Both the position numbers and the translations under genes were made by a program. Below are positions 26,101 through 39,043 of a stretch of DNA of 64,000 nt, one piece after another; positions within the stretch are counted from its first letter, which is position 1, and each line of letters starts with the position of its first letter. The stretch comes from Protoeuglena noctilucae. Lineage: Eukaryota. The notes below the pieces were generated by a model. That model saw only the letters and a program-made list of their open reading frames with translations. It made no database searches and had not been told where the DNA came from. Location of the stretch: the NCBI GenBank assembly GCA_958009085.1, contig OY253679.1, forward strand, positions 868,001 to 932,000. The letters run 5' to 3'.

Positions 26101-26343
26101 GTCTGCGATGGGGTGGGGTGTTGATGATGCTGTACAAGGCGATGGAAAGTAGGGTGCACTGTGCAGCGATGGTTGTTCATACTAATTATAAATAACCTTT
26201 ATAACCACCTTGTCTCGTCATCCATGCTTTTGCAGAAGAAGGCGAAGAAGGGTGGCAAGGGCGACGGTGGAGGCAAGCGCAGGGGAGAGCACTCGCACAA
26301 GCACGGCGGTGGCGGGGGCGGCAAGAAGCACAAGCCGCGATGA
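20131..26343 (+). CDS. NAT10: RNA cytidine acetyltransferase NAT10/Kre33 (about 15 exons)
   Basis: MRKKIDSRIRTLVDN...FVIVGDKGRDQVVNLH; ARPSVLWCYKKDL; QDFEALTPNLLARTIE; TASRGRGKSA; VIDEAAAIPLP; STVNGYEGTGRSLSLKL; SHYKNTPNDL; GARIVRIATHP...GYGSRA. Lys-rich tail. Confidence 0.97.
23167..23246. repeat. (TAATA)n microsatellite in a NAT10 intron
   Basis: About 80 bp of near-perfect TAATA units. A shorter copy lies at about 62843-62869 in an ALB3 intron. Confidence 0.95.
23902..23957 (+). repeat. Coding (GATAAG)n repeat encoding a DK dipeptide run in NAT10
   Basis: GATAAG units translate in frame as DKDKDKDKDK. Confidence 0.85.
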
Positions 26344-26548
26344 CGATGGGCCATGCATGACGAGCGCAGTGGTGGTGGTTGCGAGATTGATGGATCGCGC
26401 ATTGAAGGGCACATGGATGCCGATAAGATAGTTGAAACAAAAGCAGCTGCGATTGCGATTGAGCTGCGACCATTAATGTGCTTCTGTTCGGCACCTACCC
26501 GTCAACGTCCCACTTAGTACACACACACTTGTTAAACAACCCGCTCGG

Positions 26549-27208
26549 TCACACGAATGGGCCGGGGAGGTCCCACCCGGCCAATCCCTGGCGCAGTTTC
26601 CCCGCCCGGCACGCCGCAGCTCCTGTGGGGAGGGGCAGCGCCGCGGACGCCTCCGCCTCTGCCCTGCGCGCCTGCCACGCGACTCTCTGCTGCTCCCAAT
26701 CGTGCAGTCGGCGCACCCACGGGCGGCCCCTGCGCGGAAATTGGTTGGAAAGTCGCATCGCAGAGCGAAGCTCGCCAATATCACGCGAGGCAGCGCGCGC
26801 TGCGGCTAGCGGAGCGCATCGCCGTGATATATGCAAGCGCAAGAGCATACACGCCACCACTCACTCCTCTCCGGCACTCTGCGCGAGCGGGAACTCCGCG
26901 GACCCCGCGTCCAGGGCCGCCTTCGCGCCCGCCGAGGCAATCGAAAGCCCGGCCGTCGTCGTCCGCGTGGTCCAGACCTTGCACGTGAGCGATAGCGCCG
27001 CCAAGTCCCGGCCCTGCGCAAGCGGATACGCCGTGCGGGATGGGAAGAAGGCAAGCGAGCATGAATGGTCGCGTTTACACGGCCGCAGCGCTGTAAATGT
27101 AACGCCACGCACCCGCAGATTGCTCAAGATGACGATGAGGATGTCGTCGGGCAGCGCCAGCAGGCTCGGGCCATCCGGCGGGGGGCCTGGGCCGTCCACA
27201 TCGCCCAT
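26549..27208 (-). CDS. Small F-box-like protein (3 exons inferred)
   Basis: SLLALPDDILIVILSNL|..GRDLAALSLTCKVW fits an F-box motif. Last exon RPWVRRLHDWEQQ...GPFV-TGA. Confidence 0.6.
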
Positions 27209-27714
27209 GGTCGCTCGACGCGCTCGCTCCGGACCAGAGGCCGAGTGTGGTTGAGCGTATGTACACAAACACACGCGACGCGACTGACTTTGAGATCTGC
27301 CGCGGCCCGACTGGAGCGATTCGCCAGAGCAAGCGGTGACTCAGCGCCAGGGATGCGTGGCTCGTCGATACGCGCGCGCGACGCCACCATCGGTCAAACA
27401 GAGCATTGCTTGTTAAATGGTCTTCCACCACAAACGTCGAGGGCCCTCGGGACGCTCGGGAGGCGATTTAATTTCTTTGGGTGAGGTGTCGCGCGCATTT
27501 CCGAGGCCACTCTGCGTCGCGGGCAGTTCCTCGCCCCCGACGAGCTCGTCACGACAACGACGCTTCTTTCGACCTCGCTGCGTCGCGCGAAGCTGTTAGC
27601 TCCGCTGCGGGACGTTCCCAGAGCATCCGCCTGGAGTGAGACCGCGCCTGGCCCATCGCGCCCGCCGGACCCCCCGCAGGCCAGCTGCGATCCGGTGACA
27701 CGCACGAGGGGCAC

Positions 27715-29818
27715 ATGGCGGCCGCGGCCCCGGGCCCAGGGGCCCAGCGCCTGAGCGAGGACAACGTGGCGAAAGCGTCGGGAATCGACACGGGAGCGGC
27801 GCGCGCCGTCGCCCGCATCAACACGAGCAATGCGGAGACCGAGACGGACACGGTTTCGGTCCTGGCGGAGGGCTCGGCCGGTCCCACGAAGTGCTGGGCT
27901 CCCCCGCAACCCGGGCGGCGCCGCAAGGCGAGTCTCTGCGCCGCGCGGGCCCCTCCGCTTGCCATGCGCGTGACCATACCTGCGAAATACGCAAAGCTGT
28001 ATCGCAGATTGAGTCTGCAGATGTCGACATGTGCTGATTCTTGCTCTGCATAGCGTGGCTGTGAGCAATCACCTTCATACTTACCAAATGGCATCTGTCT
28101 GCAGATCATCATCGACACGGATCCCGGCGTGGACGACGCTTTGACGATCTTCGCGGCGTTCAACAGTCCCGACGTGGAGGTGTTGGGCCTCACGACGCTC
28201 TTCGGCAACTGCCGCACGGGTGAGGGTCGGGGGTCAGGGTGGGGGTGAGGCTGAGGCTGAGAGTGAGGGTGAGGGTGAGGGTGGGGGTGGCAGTGGGGGT
28301 GAGGGTGGGTGAGGGTGAGCGTGGCAGTGGCAGTGAGGGTGGCAATGTGAGCAACGCTGTGTTACCCCACCCCACCCCATTCCTCGCCTCACACAGAGAC
28401 GTCGACGCGCAACGCTTTGCTTCTGTGCGAGATGGCGGGCCGGGCGGACGTACCCGTGGCAGAGGGGGCGTATGGCCCGCTGATGGGCGGCGTGGAGACG
28501 AGGGTGGCGGACTTTGTGCACGGGCGTGATGGGCTGGGGGACTGCGGGGTGTCGCGGGAGCCCGTTGCTGTGGCGCAGGAGTGCAGTGCGGCGCACTTCA
28601 TTTGCGAGGTGAGGGGTGGGGATGAATGGGGTGGGGTGACACGGCGCTACTCTCACTACCACTGTCACCCTCACTGCCACCCTTCACTGCCACTATCACT
28701 GTCACTCTCACCCCCACTGTCACTCTCACCCCCACTGCCACCCTCACCCTCACTGCCACTCTCACCCTCACTGCCACCCCCACCCCCACCCCCCACCCCC
28801 AGACCCTCACCCGCTACCCCGGGGAGGTGACCATCCTCGCGATCGCCAGCCTTACCAACGTGGCCCTCGCCATGGCCCTCGATCGCCACTTCAACGACAA
28901 GGTCGGGGAGGTGGTCGTGCTGGGAGGTGCTTATCGCGTGGCTGGTAACGTAACCCCTGCTGCCGAGGCTAACATATGGCACGATCCGGAGGCGGCAGAC
29001 GCGGTGTTCACGAACTGCACCAAGGTCCGGGCGCTGGGGCTTGACGTGACGCACCGTGTTCCGCTGACGGCCAAGCAGCTGGCGGGGCTGGAGGGGCAGG
29101 GGCGGTTCGGGACGCTGGTGGCGAGGGTGTCGCAGGTGAGGGTGGGGTGTGAGTGACTGATGGGGTGTGATGGGTGGGTAAGGGTGTGGTGTGGTGTGTG
29201 AGGTGTGCCTGGTGGGGCATGAGAGAGATGGTTCAGAGGTTGCTAGCAAATTCGGGTCTCGCATTACAGGTGCCCGATTTATCATCTCTCAACCGCAGCA
29301 CTATTCCACTACTTTGAACTGACAACACCGCTCTCATCCACATTCAATCACCCCACCTCCCCCCCGCAGTACTACCTCAACTTCCACCGGGAGAGCCAGG
29401 GCATTGACTATATTCATGTCCACGACCCCACGGCACTCGTGGCCATCTTACACCCCGAGTACTTTGCTTACGATCTCGGCCCTGTCGTGGTGTGCCTGCA
29501 AGGGCCCATGCGGGGCAAGACCATCCAGGTGACGGTTGTGGTGCGGGGTGGGAGTGAGAAGGGATGTGGAAGGAATGTAAGGTTGCGGATTGTGAGACTC
29601 TTTGCAGGGTGATAAGACAGGATGCATTTGTGCACATGGTGACGACACAGATGTCGTTCGCAATTACATGCTCCCCCTTTCCTTCTCCCCCGCAGGACCC
29701 CCGCACGCGCAAGTTCGGCTTCCCGCACGAGTGGAGCGCCCGCCCGCCGGTGCTGGTGGCCGCGGACGTCGACCCCCGCGCTGTGCAAGCCAAAGTCATC
29801 GACCTACTCACCGTGTAA
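27715..29818 (+). CDS. Inosine/uridine-preferring nucleoside hydrolase (uridine nucleosidase-like)
   Basis: IIIDTDPGVDDA; LGLTTLFGN; VADFVHGRDGLGD; SLTNVALA; VLGGAY...GNVTPAAEANIWHDPEAA; GLDVTH; VHDPTA. Stop TAA at 29816-29818. Confidence 0.92.
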
Positions 29819-30074
29819 CCACCGTGTAGTCTCTTTCTCTCGTATCTGCCCCATAAGATCGACTGAGGTTATCATCGGATGCGCTTGTATACCTGCATAT
29901 GTGCTAGAAGATGCAATAACGCAGCCGCGGCGCCACCTGGCTGCGCACCAGGTTGCGATGGGAACACGCTCGGTGGCACGACCCTTGCGGTGGCCGCGAC
30001 GATGGGTAGTCGACGCGATTGAATCAATGCTTCCTAATTACAATTACTGCGCTCGCTACTTCGCCATCCGCCCT

Positions 30075-30717
30075 TCATTTGCCGCTCTTGACGCCGCCCA
30101 TGAACGTCGCGGCGTCCGGGACGCTCCCCGAGAACGTCGCCGAGCTGAAATCGAATCCCGGATTCTCCTCCTGGAATCGCTGCAGCATGAGACGCCTCCG
30201 GTCCTCCTCCACGCCCGTCGCGCCCTCCCCGCCGTGGCCCTCAAAAGCACCCGGCCACGCCTCCCCGCGGCGGGCCTTCTCGAAGGTCACGTGCAGCTCG
30301 CCGTCCTCCAACGTCCACATACTGTCGTCTACCTTGATTGGCCCGGCCAAAGCGTGGCTGCGGGGGCGCAGGAACGCCCGCGATGTGCGTGCTGCAAGGG
30401 CTGCACGTGCGCCCCGAGGAGCACGTTAAAACCGCACCTCAGGTACGGAGGGTTTCCCTTGATGCCGACCGAGAAGGACGCGTGGTCTATCTTGACGTCG
30501 AGCATCTTGGCGCTCACGCCGGGAGGCACCTGCGGGGCAAGCAGACGCGCCCGGTCGTGCGCGCGCGAGAATAGCCAGTATGGATCCGGCGGACCCTCAT
30601 CGGACGCACCTGAATAAACACCTCCACCTCGCGCAGCGACTGCTGCCACTCGTAGACCAGCCGCCCATTGTACTCGAACCGATGCCGCACGGACCCCACC
30701 AGCTCCTCCGCCGACAT
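30075..30717 (-). CDS. NUDCD2: NudC domain-containing protein 2-like (CS domain)
   Basis: YEWQQSLREVEVFI...GPIKVDDSMWTLEDGELHVTFEKA...RRRLMLQRFQEENPGFDFSSATFSG. Confidence 0.85.
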
Positions 30718-30948
30718 CCCGAGGGCGATGTCACATCCGCTGCGTACGTCGGCCGGGGATTCTGTTTCCGGTTATGCTCACCAGCGAGGGATTCGAGGCG
30801 AATACGTGGTCAATTGGCGCGGGAGCCCCTACTTGCATCAGAAACCCTGCAAAACGCAGGGAATCAAGAGCTCTTGTGGAACGCGGGGCATCCGCAATGC
30901 ACGTGACCGTGGCCTAGCTGCCACGAGCGATTGCTTCACTGCCCGTCC

Positions 30949-33147
30949 ATGCCTCCGGGAAAGACTTGTGCCTTCTTCCTGCCGCAAAAGGGCCGACATT
31001 GCAACCTCGTGCCCCGTCACGGGGAGATATATTGTTCCGTCCACCTCTTCGAACTTACCGGGCAGGGACAGCAGCGTGTGCCGTGCCCCCACTGCTCCAC
31101 CGGCGTGTTATCCTCTGTGCTTCAGAAGCACATTAAGCAGGTGCCCTGCGCCCCGACCGTACGTTTCTAGTCCTCCTAAGTCGCGCCACGCCACCGTCAT
31201 CGTCGACTCGGTTGCTCGCTCCGTGTGCGCAGTGTCCCGCTTGGCGGCGCGAGGCCAGCGACCGCGAGAGCGCTTTCTTTCACCCCGGCGTGAACGCGGG
31301 AACCGACGATGAGGGCTGCGCGCAGCTGCGGAACGCAGTGGGAGAGCGTTTGGACCCGGCGTCGGGCCGGCAGGACCCGGGGCGCTACGGGGAGCGCGCG
31401 GCCGAGTGGCGCGTGTCGCTGATCGAGTCTCGGGGCGGCCCGCCGTACCTGCGCGCGCTGATGGACCGCGTCGTTGCGGCCCACGCGACCATATGTACAT
31501 CCTCTACCGCAATTGAGGAGCTCTGCCCGCCGGAGGGGCAGCGGGCGCTGACGCCGGACCCCTCGAAGCCGGCCCCCGCCCGCCACGCCGCCCAAAACGT
31601 CTCCATCGTGGCTCACATGGCCAGGCGGTCACTGTGCCGCCTCGTCCCCGACGACGAGGCGCCCGGGGCGTGCGCATACGACGTCAGTGAGTCGCAGACT
31701 CCCTGCAGGGTAGTCTCTCTGAAGCGCCTGCGAATGCATGTGCCCCTGGGTACCAGGTGTATGGTTGCATGACTTCGACGCATCACATGTGCTAATAACC
31801 GTGCATTGCTGACTTCATATACAAGTCTTAGATACAACTCTTATTGCCACCCTCGTCACCCCTACGTGCGTTGTCGCATCATCCACACAGCCAAGGCTCA
31901 ATCCACAAGCCCGCCCGCAGTCGAGTTCGGCGCCGGCAAGGGCTTCCTGTCCTCTGCGCTGGTCGAGATGGCCGGGGCGCCCCAGTCGCTGCATCTCCTC
32001 GACACGGGCGCATTCAAACGCAGCGCGGACCGCGTGTTGCGTCGGTCTGTCCCGGGATTCAAACGCCACCGATGCAACGTGATGGACTTCGACCCAGTTA
32101 AGGGTATGATGAAGGGAAACGCGGGGGGGGCGGGTTCGGGGGGTGCGGGGGCGGGCGGGAAGGGTGCAGGGACGTTCGACAGCAACAGGGATGGTGGCGG
32201 GGTGGGCGGGCGTGACTGGGTGGGCATCGGGAAGCACCTTTGCGGTGCGGCGACGGACCTTACGCTGCGATGTTGTGCCCGGTCACGGGCGGGACAGGGT
32301 AGGGCAGGGGTGGTGGGGGGTGCAGTGAAGGGTACGGTGGGGGATGCTGTGGGGGGCGTGGCAGGGGCGGCGGGGAGCGCGATGGGGGGTACGGCGGGGA
32401 GCATGGTGGAGGGTGCGGTGGGGAGCGTGGTGGAGGGTGCGGTGGGGAGCGCGGTGAAGGGTGCAGTGGGGGGCGTGGCAGGAGGTGCGGCGTGCGTGGG
32501 GGTGGCGGTGGCGACGTGTTGCCACCATCGGTGCACGTGGCGTCATTTCTGTGGGAAACAGGTCCTTGTCAGTCTGGGATTCGACGCTGTGGATTTTGAG
32601 GTCCTATGCTGGATGTCTGGATGGGCCTTGAGTGGGCATAGGGGCCAGGGGGGCAAGGGGGTTGCGGTGGGCGGGATGATGGCAGTGGGGTTGAGAACGG
32701 TGAAGCTGAGAGTCGAGGAGATAGCGAGAGTGAGGGCGAGGGTGGCGATGAGAGCGAGCGTTGTGCGGGGTTTCTGGCGGAGAGGGGCGACGTCGGTGGG
32801 GCGGGCGAGGCACGGTCCCGGCATCGTGCTCTGGTGGTTGGGCTGAGTCAAGAGGAGCGGGGGCGCGTGGGGGCCATGTGCAAGCAGCTGCTGGACGGCG
32901 CGAGGGCGGCGTGGCTGCGGTGAGCAGTGGGAAGGGGTGGCGGTGTTGTGAAGGGTTGGTGCTAACACAGGTATGGACGTGGGAGGGTGAGAGGAGGGTG
33001 GCATGGCGCATGCGCGCGTGACTCCCATCCATTTAATCATCTCCTTCCTCTTTCGGTCTCAGGAGCCACGGCTGTGCGACGGAGGTGGTGGCATACTGCC
33101 GTCCTTCGTTATCGGGGGAGAACCGACTGCTGGTGGGGGGGTGGTGA
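30949..33147 (+). CDS. TRM13: tRNA position-4 2'-O-methyltransferase TRM13 (apparent frameshift near 32650)
   Basis: CCCH finger CAFFLPQKGRHC...YCSVH; RVPCPHC...LQKHIKQC; VEFGAGKG; GKHLCGAATDLTLRC; ATCCHHRC; MSGWA; then in another frame GAMCKQLLDGARAAWL and YCRPSLSGENRLL. Confidence 0.88.
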
Positions 33148-33550
33148 CACGCATGATGCCATGAGCGCAGGAATTTGCTTGCTAGGAGAACGGAAGCCTT
33201 GATGAAAGCCTTGCCAAGTGTCCCATGCAACGCACCAAGTGCCCCGTGCCAGTGCATGCGGCGCTTCAAGTGCCGCGATTGTTTGCGTTCGTATTCGTTA
33301 TCAACAAGTGTAACAGACACAGGGGCCTAGCAACCCCACGGGCCTCTCAATGCTTCCCGTGCATACGGAGACTTTAGTAGGTTCACTAAACCTAGCTACC
33401 GCACCACGTGCCACCGCCCGGGCAGACGGCAAGCACCAGCACAAGTGCACTCCCACCCCCAACCCCACACCCACACCACCCCACCCCTTGCCAATCAGTC
33501 TTGCCCAGCGTGAGCCCTCTTCTCCTTTCCCACCCCCCCTCGCATCTGCA

Positions 33551-36423
33551 TCACAGCGCCCCCGCATGCTTGAGCTTCCGCAGCGTGGGGTCGTGGATCC
33601 TCTCCCTCGTGCGCCCGTCCTGGTCCTTCACACTCTTGAACCTCGGCATGTCACTCCTTGACTTGGGCAGGGGCATCTCCCTGAACCAGGGGTGCGCGAG
33701 GGCCTCGGTGGCGGTCAGCCGGGACGAGGGGTCCCAGGCCAGCAGGCGGGATAAGAGGTCGAGTCCTGCCTCGGTCATAGTGGGGTAGGAGGTGACGCCG
33801 ATGCCGGCCGCGTGGGAAAAGCGCTCGGCGAGGCGGGAGCGGGGGTTGCAGCGGGACCAGGAGACCTCCTGAGAGGGAGGGGAGGTGAGGGTGGTGGTGG
33901 TGGTGGTGGTGGAGAGATGGCGTGGTTGTTGAAGTGGTTATGTAGAGTGGTGGGTAGCAGGAGCGAGGAGGCGTGCGCTAATGTTAAGCCCCCGATCACC
34001 AGCACCCTTCCTCGCTTCTCGCTCCGCTTCACTGCAATCACACACAAGCGCCCGCATCCGCCGCCCCTCACCCGCGACCCCGGCAGCGACCGGAAGCCCG
34101 GCCAGATCTGCTCCGTGGGCGCGCCGAGGAGATCGCAAAACTGCGTGAGCATGTCCAGCTCCGACTGGCCGTTGAAGAGCGTCTCGTGGAGCATGAGCTC
34201 CGCCATGATGCACCCGCAGCTCCACATGTCCGAGGCCGGGCCGTACTTGGACGCGCCAAGCATGATCTCGGGAGCGCGATACCACGCCGTGCACACCCCG
34301 GGCGTGTAGTCGGCCTGCGGACGGACGGCGGGAAAGGGGCAGGAATGGGCGCACGGCTGCCGATGGGTGCGGCTGCACCAAGCTGCACGCTACAGACCTG
34401 CCAAAAAACCCGCAGCGACATTTGAAGTGTCACAGTAACTTGCACTAGCAGGGCCGTCCGGCTCTCGGATCTCGGCATGTACCCAAACAGCGCAACATAC
34501 GGTCCCCAACCCAGCCCTCTTGCCTTGGCGTCTGAGGAGAACTGCCGGGCCATGCCGAAGTCGCAAATCTTGAGGAGCCCCGTGTTGCTAAAGAGGATGT
34601 TGTGGGGCTTGAGGTCCCGGTGCATGACCCAGTTGTCGTGGAGATACTCGATGCCCCGCAGCAGCTGCACCATGAGCTGCTTGATCTCCGAGAGCTGGAA
34701 CGGCTGCGGCATTTCCTCCATCAGCGTCTTCAAGTCGTGATCCATGAACTCCATCACCATGTATATCTGCGCGCAGAGACGGACGGGGAGCGAGGAGTGA
34801 GCCGCACCGCGCGCGCCACCCTCCTGCCCACCCTGCACGGCCTCGCGGCGCGCCCCGCCTCCCGCGCTCCGCTCGCCTTGTCGATTTTGCTCCCCACGAC
34901 GACCTCGCGCACGCCCACGACGTTGGGGTGCCGCAGCGCCAGCAGCAAGTTGAACTCGCGGACCGACGTCTGAGGGAAGCCCTCGCGCTCCCGGTGCATT
35001 TTGACCTGCTTGAGCGCGTAGATGCGATCCGTCTGCGAATCGCGCGCGCGAAACACCGTCCCGAACGTCCCCTCGTCCACCATGTTGAGCTTCTCGAACT
35101 CTTCCACGCTTCGGCACTCGTTCCATATCGACACGTCACCCAGCCCGTCGTCCGCGTCGCTCCCCGCGCCATCCGCCGCTCCCCGCGCTTCTCCGTTCTC
35201 GGCCTTCGCGCCAGCCTCGTCCGCCCCCGCGGCGCGGGCGTCCCCTAACTCCTCGTCCCCCTCCCCCTCCCCCGCCCCCGCCTCCGCCACCTCCCCTGCG
35301 CCCTCGTCACCCCTCTCCACAGGCTCGCCGCCCGCCTGCGACCCGTCCTGCGACATGTCCTCCTCGTCGTGCCACAGCGGGGCCGCGCGGCCAGGGCCCC
35401 GCGAGTCCCGCCCCCCGCCCAAGTCGGCCCCACCGTCCGCCACCAGACGGCTCCGGAAAGCCTCCGCCTCGGCCCGAATCCGCTCCGCCTGACTCAGCGG
35501 GCGCTCCGGCGCCTTCGACGCCGCCGACGGGCTCGGGGAACGCCGCGGAGACCGCCGGGGGCTGCTGTCGATCTCCCCGCTCTCTGCAGGTGCCGAAAAC
35601 GGGACGTGTGGACCTAACTGAACGCCCATCGACGCCCCCAGACATAGCTGTTGTGCTACCAACTCCACTCGCCTCGACTTTGAGACCGCTCGCGCTGCCG
35701 GGAGCGCGAACGCGACCGCTGCTGGCTCCCCCTCCACGACATCGGCGACTGCGACCGCGCCGGCGTCCCCCCGCCCTGCTGCGCGGCGCGTTCCTTTGCT
35801 GCCTTGACCACCTCCGCCAGCAACGGGTTCTGCGCGACCAGGAAGGGCGGCACGGAGGCGTTATTGGCCACGACAACGACAACCAGCGCGCGTGGCACGC
35901 AGCTTCCACGATCCGATCCCGCTCCGCGCGCTTCAAGCGAGGAATGCATTCTTAAACGAAGGAGCAGCGTGCATCTGCCCCCGCACCTTCACCGTCGGCG
36001 GGGGAGGTGGGCCCCGGTCCCGGGACGGCTGGCCCCTGTCATTCCGCCACTCCCTGTCCCTGTCCCTCTCCCGATGCCGCTCCCCATCCCTGTCCCTATC
36101 CCTGCCCCTGTCCCGGTCCCTCTCCCTATCCCACTCCCCCTTGGCGGGGCGGTACCCGCGTGCTTCCGCCCGCTGCTCCCCAAACCTGCGAGCAAGCCCT
36201 CGGGACGCAGATGTCACGCGCGCGTCGGTGAGATATACGCGAAAGAAGTTGATGCGCGCGTGTCGAGCCTCGCTTGTCCCCGGGAGCGCCTCCCGGGCAG
36301 GAACGCGCAGCGACAGGCGAGCAGGCCGCGAGCCGCCCGGCCGGCAGGCTCCCACCTACGCCGATCTCGTCTGTCGCCCCTGTCTTGGGGAAAGTCTCCT
36401 CGCCGACCCTCCTCAAATGCCAT
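33551..36423 (-). CDS. Cyclin-dependent kinase of the CDK10/11 (plant CDKG-like) group with RD/RS-rich N-terminus
   Basis: [41 protein letters not shown] (PITSLRE-like); [36 protein letters not shown]. Confidence 0.9.
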
Positions 36424-36800
36424 GGCCTTGGCCGGGCGGCGGACGGGGGCGCGGCGCGTGCTCCGCTCGCCACCTCCACCAGCCAATCCGCGAAGCGATC
36501 ACTGACCGGCCTGGCAGGAAGGCTGGCGTCGGAAGTCAAGCGCGAAAGGCCTGCCATAGGCGCGGGTCCGCTCGCTTGGGCCCAGCGGCGCGCGCCAGGC
36601 CTGCCAGTGCCCTCCCCCGGCAGACGCTCAGGTTCAGTTTCACAACGCGATGCAATGCGCCAGGGCAAGCAGGAAGGCTCACGTACCCGACTGGCCCGGC
36701 ATTTTGCGCAGCAGGAGGGCCAATTGCACCCTTCACTCCCACATCACGACACATCCACATGTCCGTCAAAGCAGGTGGGCATACAGGAAGGCCAGGCATG

Positions 36801-38501
36801 CTATGCCCCCCTTGGAACCCCCATGACCTCCCCGCCGCCTTCGGGCGCCTTGGCCGTGCCCGGCCGCGGCACCGCCGGCCTCGGCTCCTTGTCTCCCCGG
36901 ACCTCGGTCTTTGCCGACTGCCTCTGCCGCCACTCCTTGATGATCTCTCCCAAGTCCCTGCAAGCGAGCGAGCGTAACAGAGTCGTGAGTGGCAGTGTGT
37001 CATGAGGTGACGCTGGGCATTGATCAGCTACGCAAGGCGAGGGGGCACGGCGACCAAGGCGACCGGGGCAGCGGGCGTGCCACATGCCCCTTCACGCTTC
37101 CTGAGCTACTTCTCAGTAACCAGCCTCACCCGACGAAGTGCCCGACGACGTTGAGCTGGTTGATGGGGTTGCTCTCGTCCGGCGGGTGCGAGATGTTGCT
37201 CTTCTTGCAGCACCGGGAGTAGAGGTTCGAGGTGGCCATGCACACCTGACCGTGCTTGAGCATGTTCTCCGAAAGGTTCCGCAGATTCGTGTCCTTCTCC
37301 AACTCCTTGTCCCTGTTCAGGAAACACACAGGAAGAGATTTGCATTGGCACCATGCGCAGCACCAGGCACGGCTTTGCTCACTTAATAACTGCCCGTCAA
37401 GCATGCGCGACTCGTTCGGCTCCCTCACCGCACTTCCTGCTCCACGGCCTCCTCCTCCTTCTTCAGATTCGCGATCTTGTTCCGCAGACTCTGGATCTCG
37501 TTCGTCTTGGCCTTCAGGTAGCTCTGGTACCTGGTGCGCTCCTGCTCATGCGCCACGCGCTTACTCTCGTTCTCCGCCTTCAGCGTCGCGTTCGTCGACT
37601 CGAGGATGCGATACCGGTCCGAAATCTCCTTGATTTCGTGGAACTCGTCCGCGACCTCGAGCGTGTGCTCCAGGAAATGCGTGTAGGCCATCATCTGCGA
37701 AAAGCGACATCGAGCGCAAACATTCGCAGACATCCGACGCGACAACCAGCCCCAAACCTTGCGATATCTGCTTGGGACCTTTCATGAAACCCTAACCGCA
37801 CAACGCCGGAAGAGAGCAGAGCAGCCGCAGCCCCATGCATCAGCACCCATCCTGTGACCCTTCCCGCCCTATCATCCTCGCCTGCGTCTCCAAAACCTTG
37901 ATCACGTGCTCCTTCTGGGCCTCTAGCCTCCGGATCTCCTCGCTGAGCGCCGCAGACTCCTCCGCTAGCTTAGCCGCGGCCTTGCCCTCCTCACGCGCCT
38001 TCTTGTCATGCTGCATCCGCTTCTTCTCGTTCTCTTGCAGAAAATTGGAGAACTTAATGAGCGACTCCTGGAGGTCCATGTCCCGGCGCTTGAGCTCCTC
38101 CTCGCGGCGCTGCGCGGGGCGTGGCAGATGCGGGTGTGAGGCAGGGGCGGGGCAACCGGGCGGGCTGCTGGCGCGCGGAGCTCAACTTAGCACGCGAGAC
38201 ACATATAGTTAACACCCGTTTCCCGTCTCGCCTTGAAGATGTCCTCCTTGTGCGCAAATTCGGACTTTTGTGCCTCGAGCGTCTCCTGCACCTCAAACAT
38301 CTGCCGGCGCTTCTCCATCAGACGCGTGGCGGGCGTCACATGTTCCAACACGAGGAACTTGGGTTCCCTGCGGAGGCGGCGAGGGTCATCAGCGTGCCGA
38401 GGCGATGCGGAGGGCCGCAGCAGCGCATGGACATGGAGTGGCGCGTGCCCCGGGCCTTGGCCGCCCAATATGCTGCTCGCCACGTCTCACCCAGTCGGCA
38501 T
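36801..38501 (-). CDS. CFAP73: Cilia/flagella-associated protein 73 / CCDC42 family (DUF4200)
   Basis: LVLEHVTPATRLMEKRRQMFEVQETLEAQK...|RREEELKRRDMDLQESLIKFSNFLQENEKKR; FHEIKEISDRYRILESTN; GQVCMATSNLY. Confidence 0.8.
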
Positions 38502-39043
38502 GACTCCTCGCCTCCTACCCTCGGCCCGACAGGGCCTCCCCTATCCTCCCCGCCACGCCCAGGGGCCCCCAAAGGCGCGCCCCCGTGGAGGCCCGAAGGC
38601 AGCCCTGGAGCTGCCGCGGGTTAGCCCCGCCGCCCCCCTCGCTGTCTCCTGTGAAAAGCGACGGCAGAGGAAGGGCTCGCCGCGCCTTCCACAGCCGCGC
38701 GGGCCACAACATCGCTGAAATGTCCAGGCGGATGGCGAGCTGGGCCAGTGTGCACCTCTGTCAATGTCAGTGGCTTCGCAAGGGACGCAGAGATATACAA
38801 CAAACTCACCTACACCAGCGCCTGGGTCCCTGTCCTCGCTAGGCCACGTGAGTCCAGGGCGAATGTGCGTCCCTGTTGCTGAGCCTCAATGCCGACCTGC
38901 GAGCGGAGCGCGAGGCTACTGCGGTGCTCTGCCGTTCCATGTTCACGCATGCATAGTGAAACTCGTCGCACGAAGCTTTGCGCGCCAGCTCCCGCCTCGC
39001 ATGTCACCTGGCCGATGCGTGCTCCGGTGAGCCGTTTACGCGT

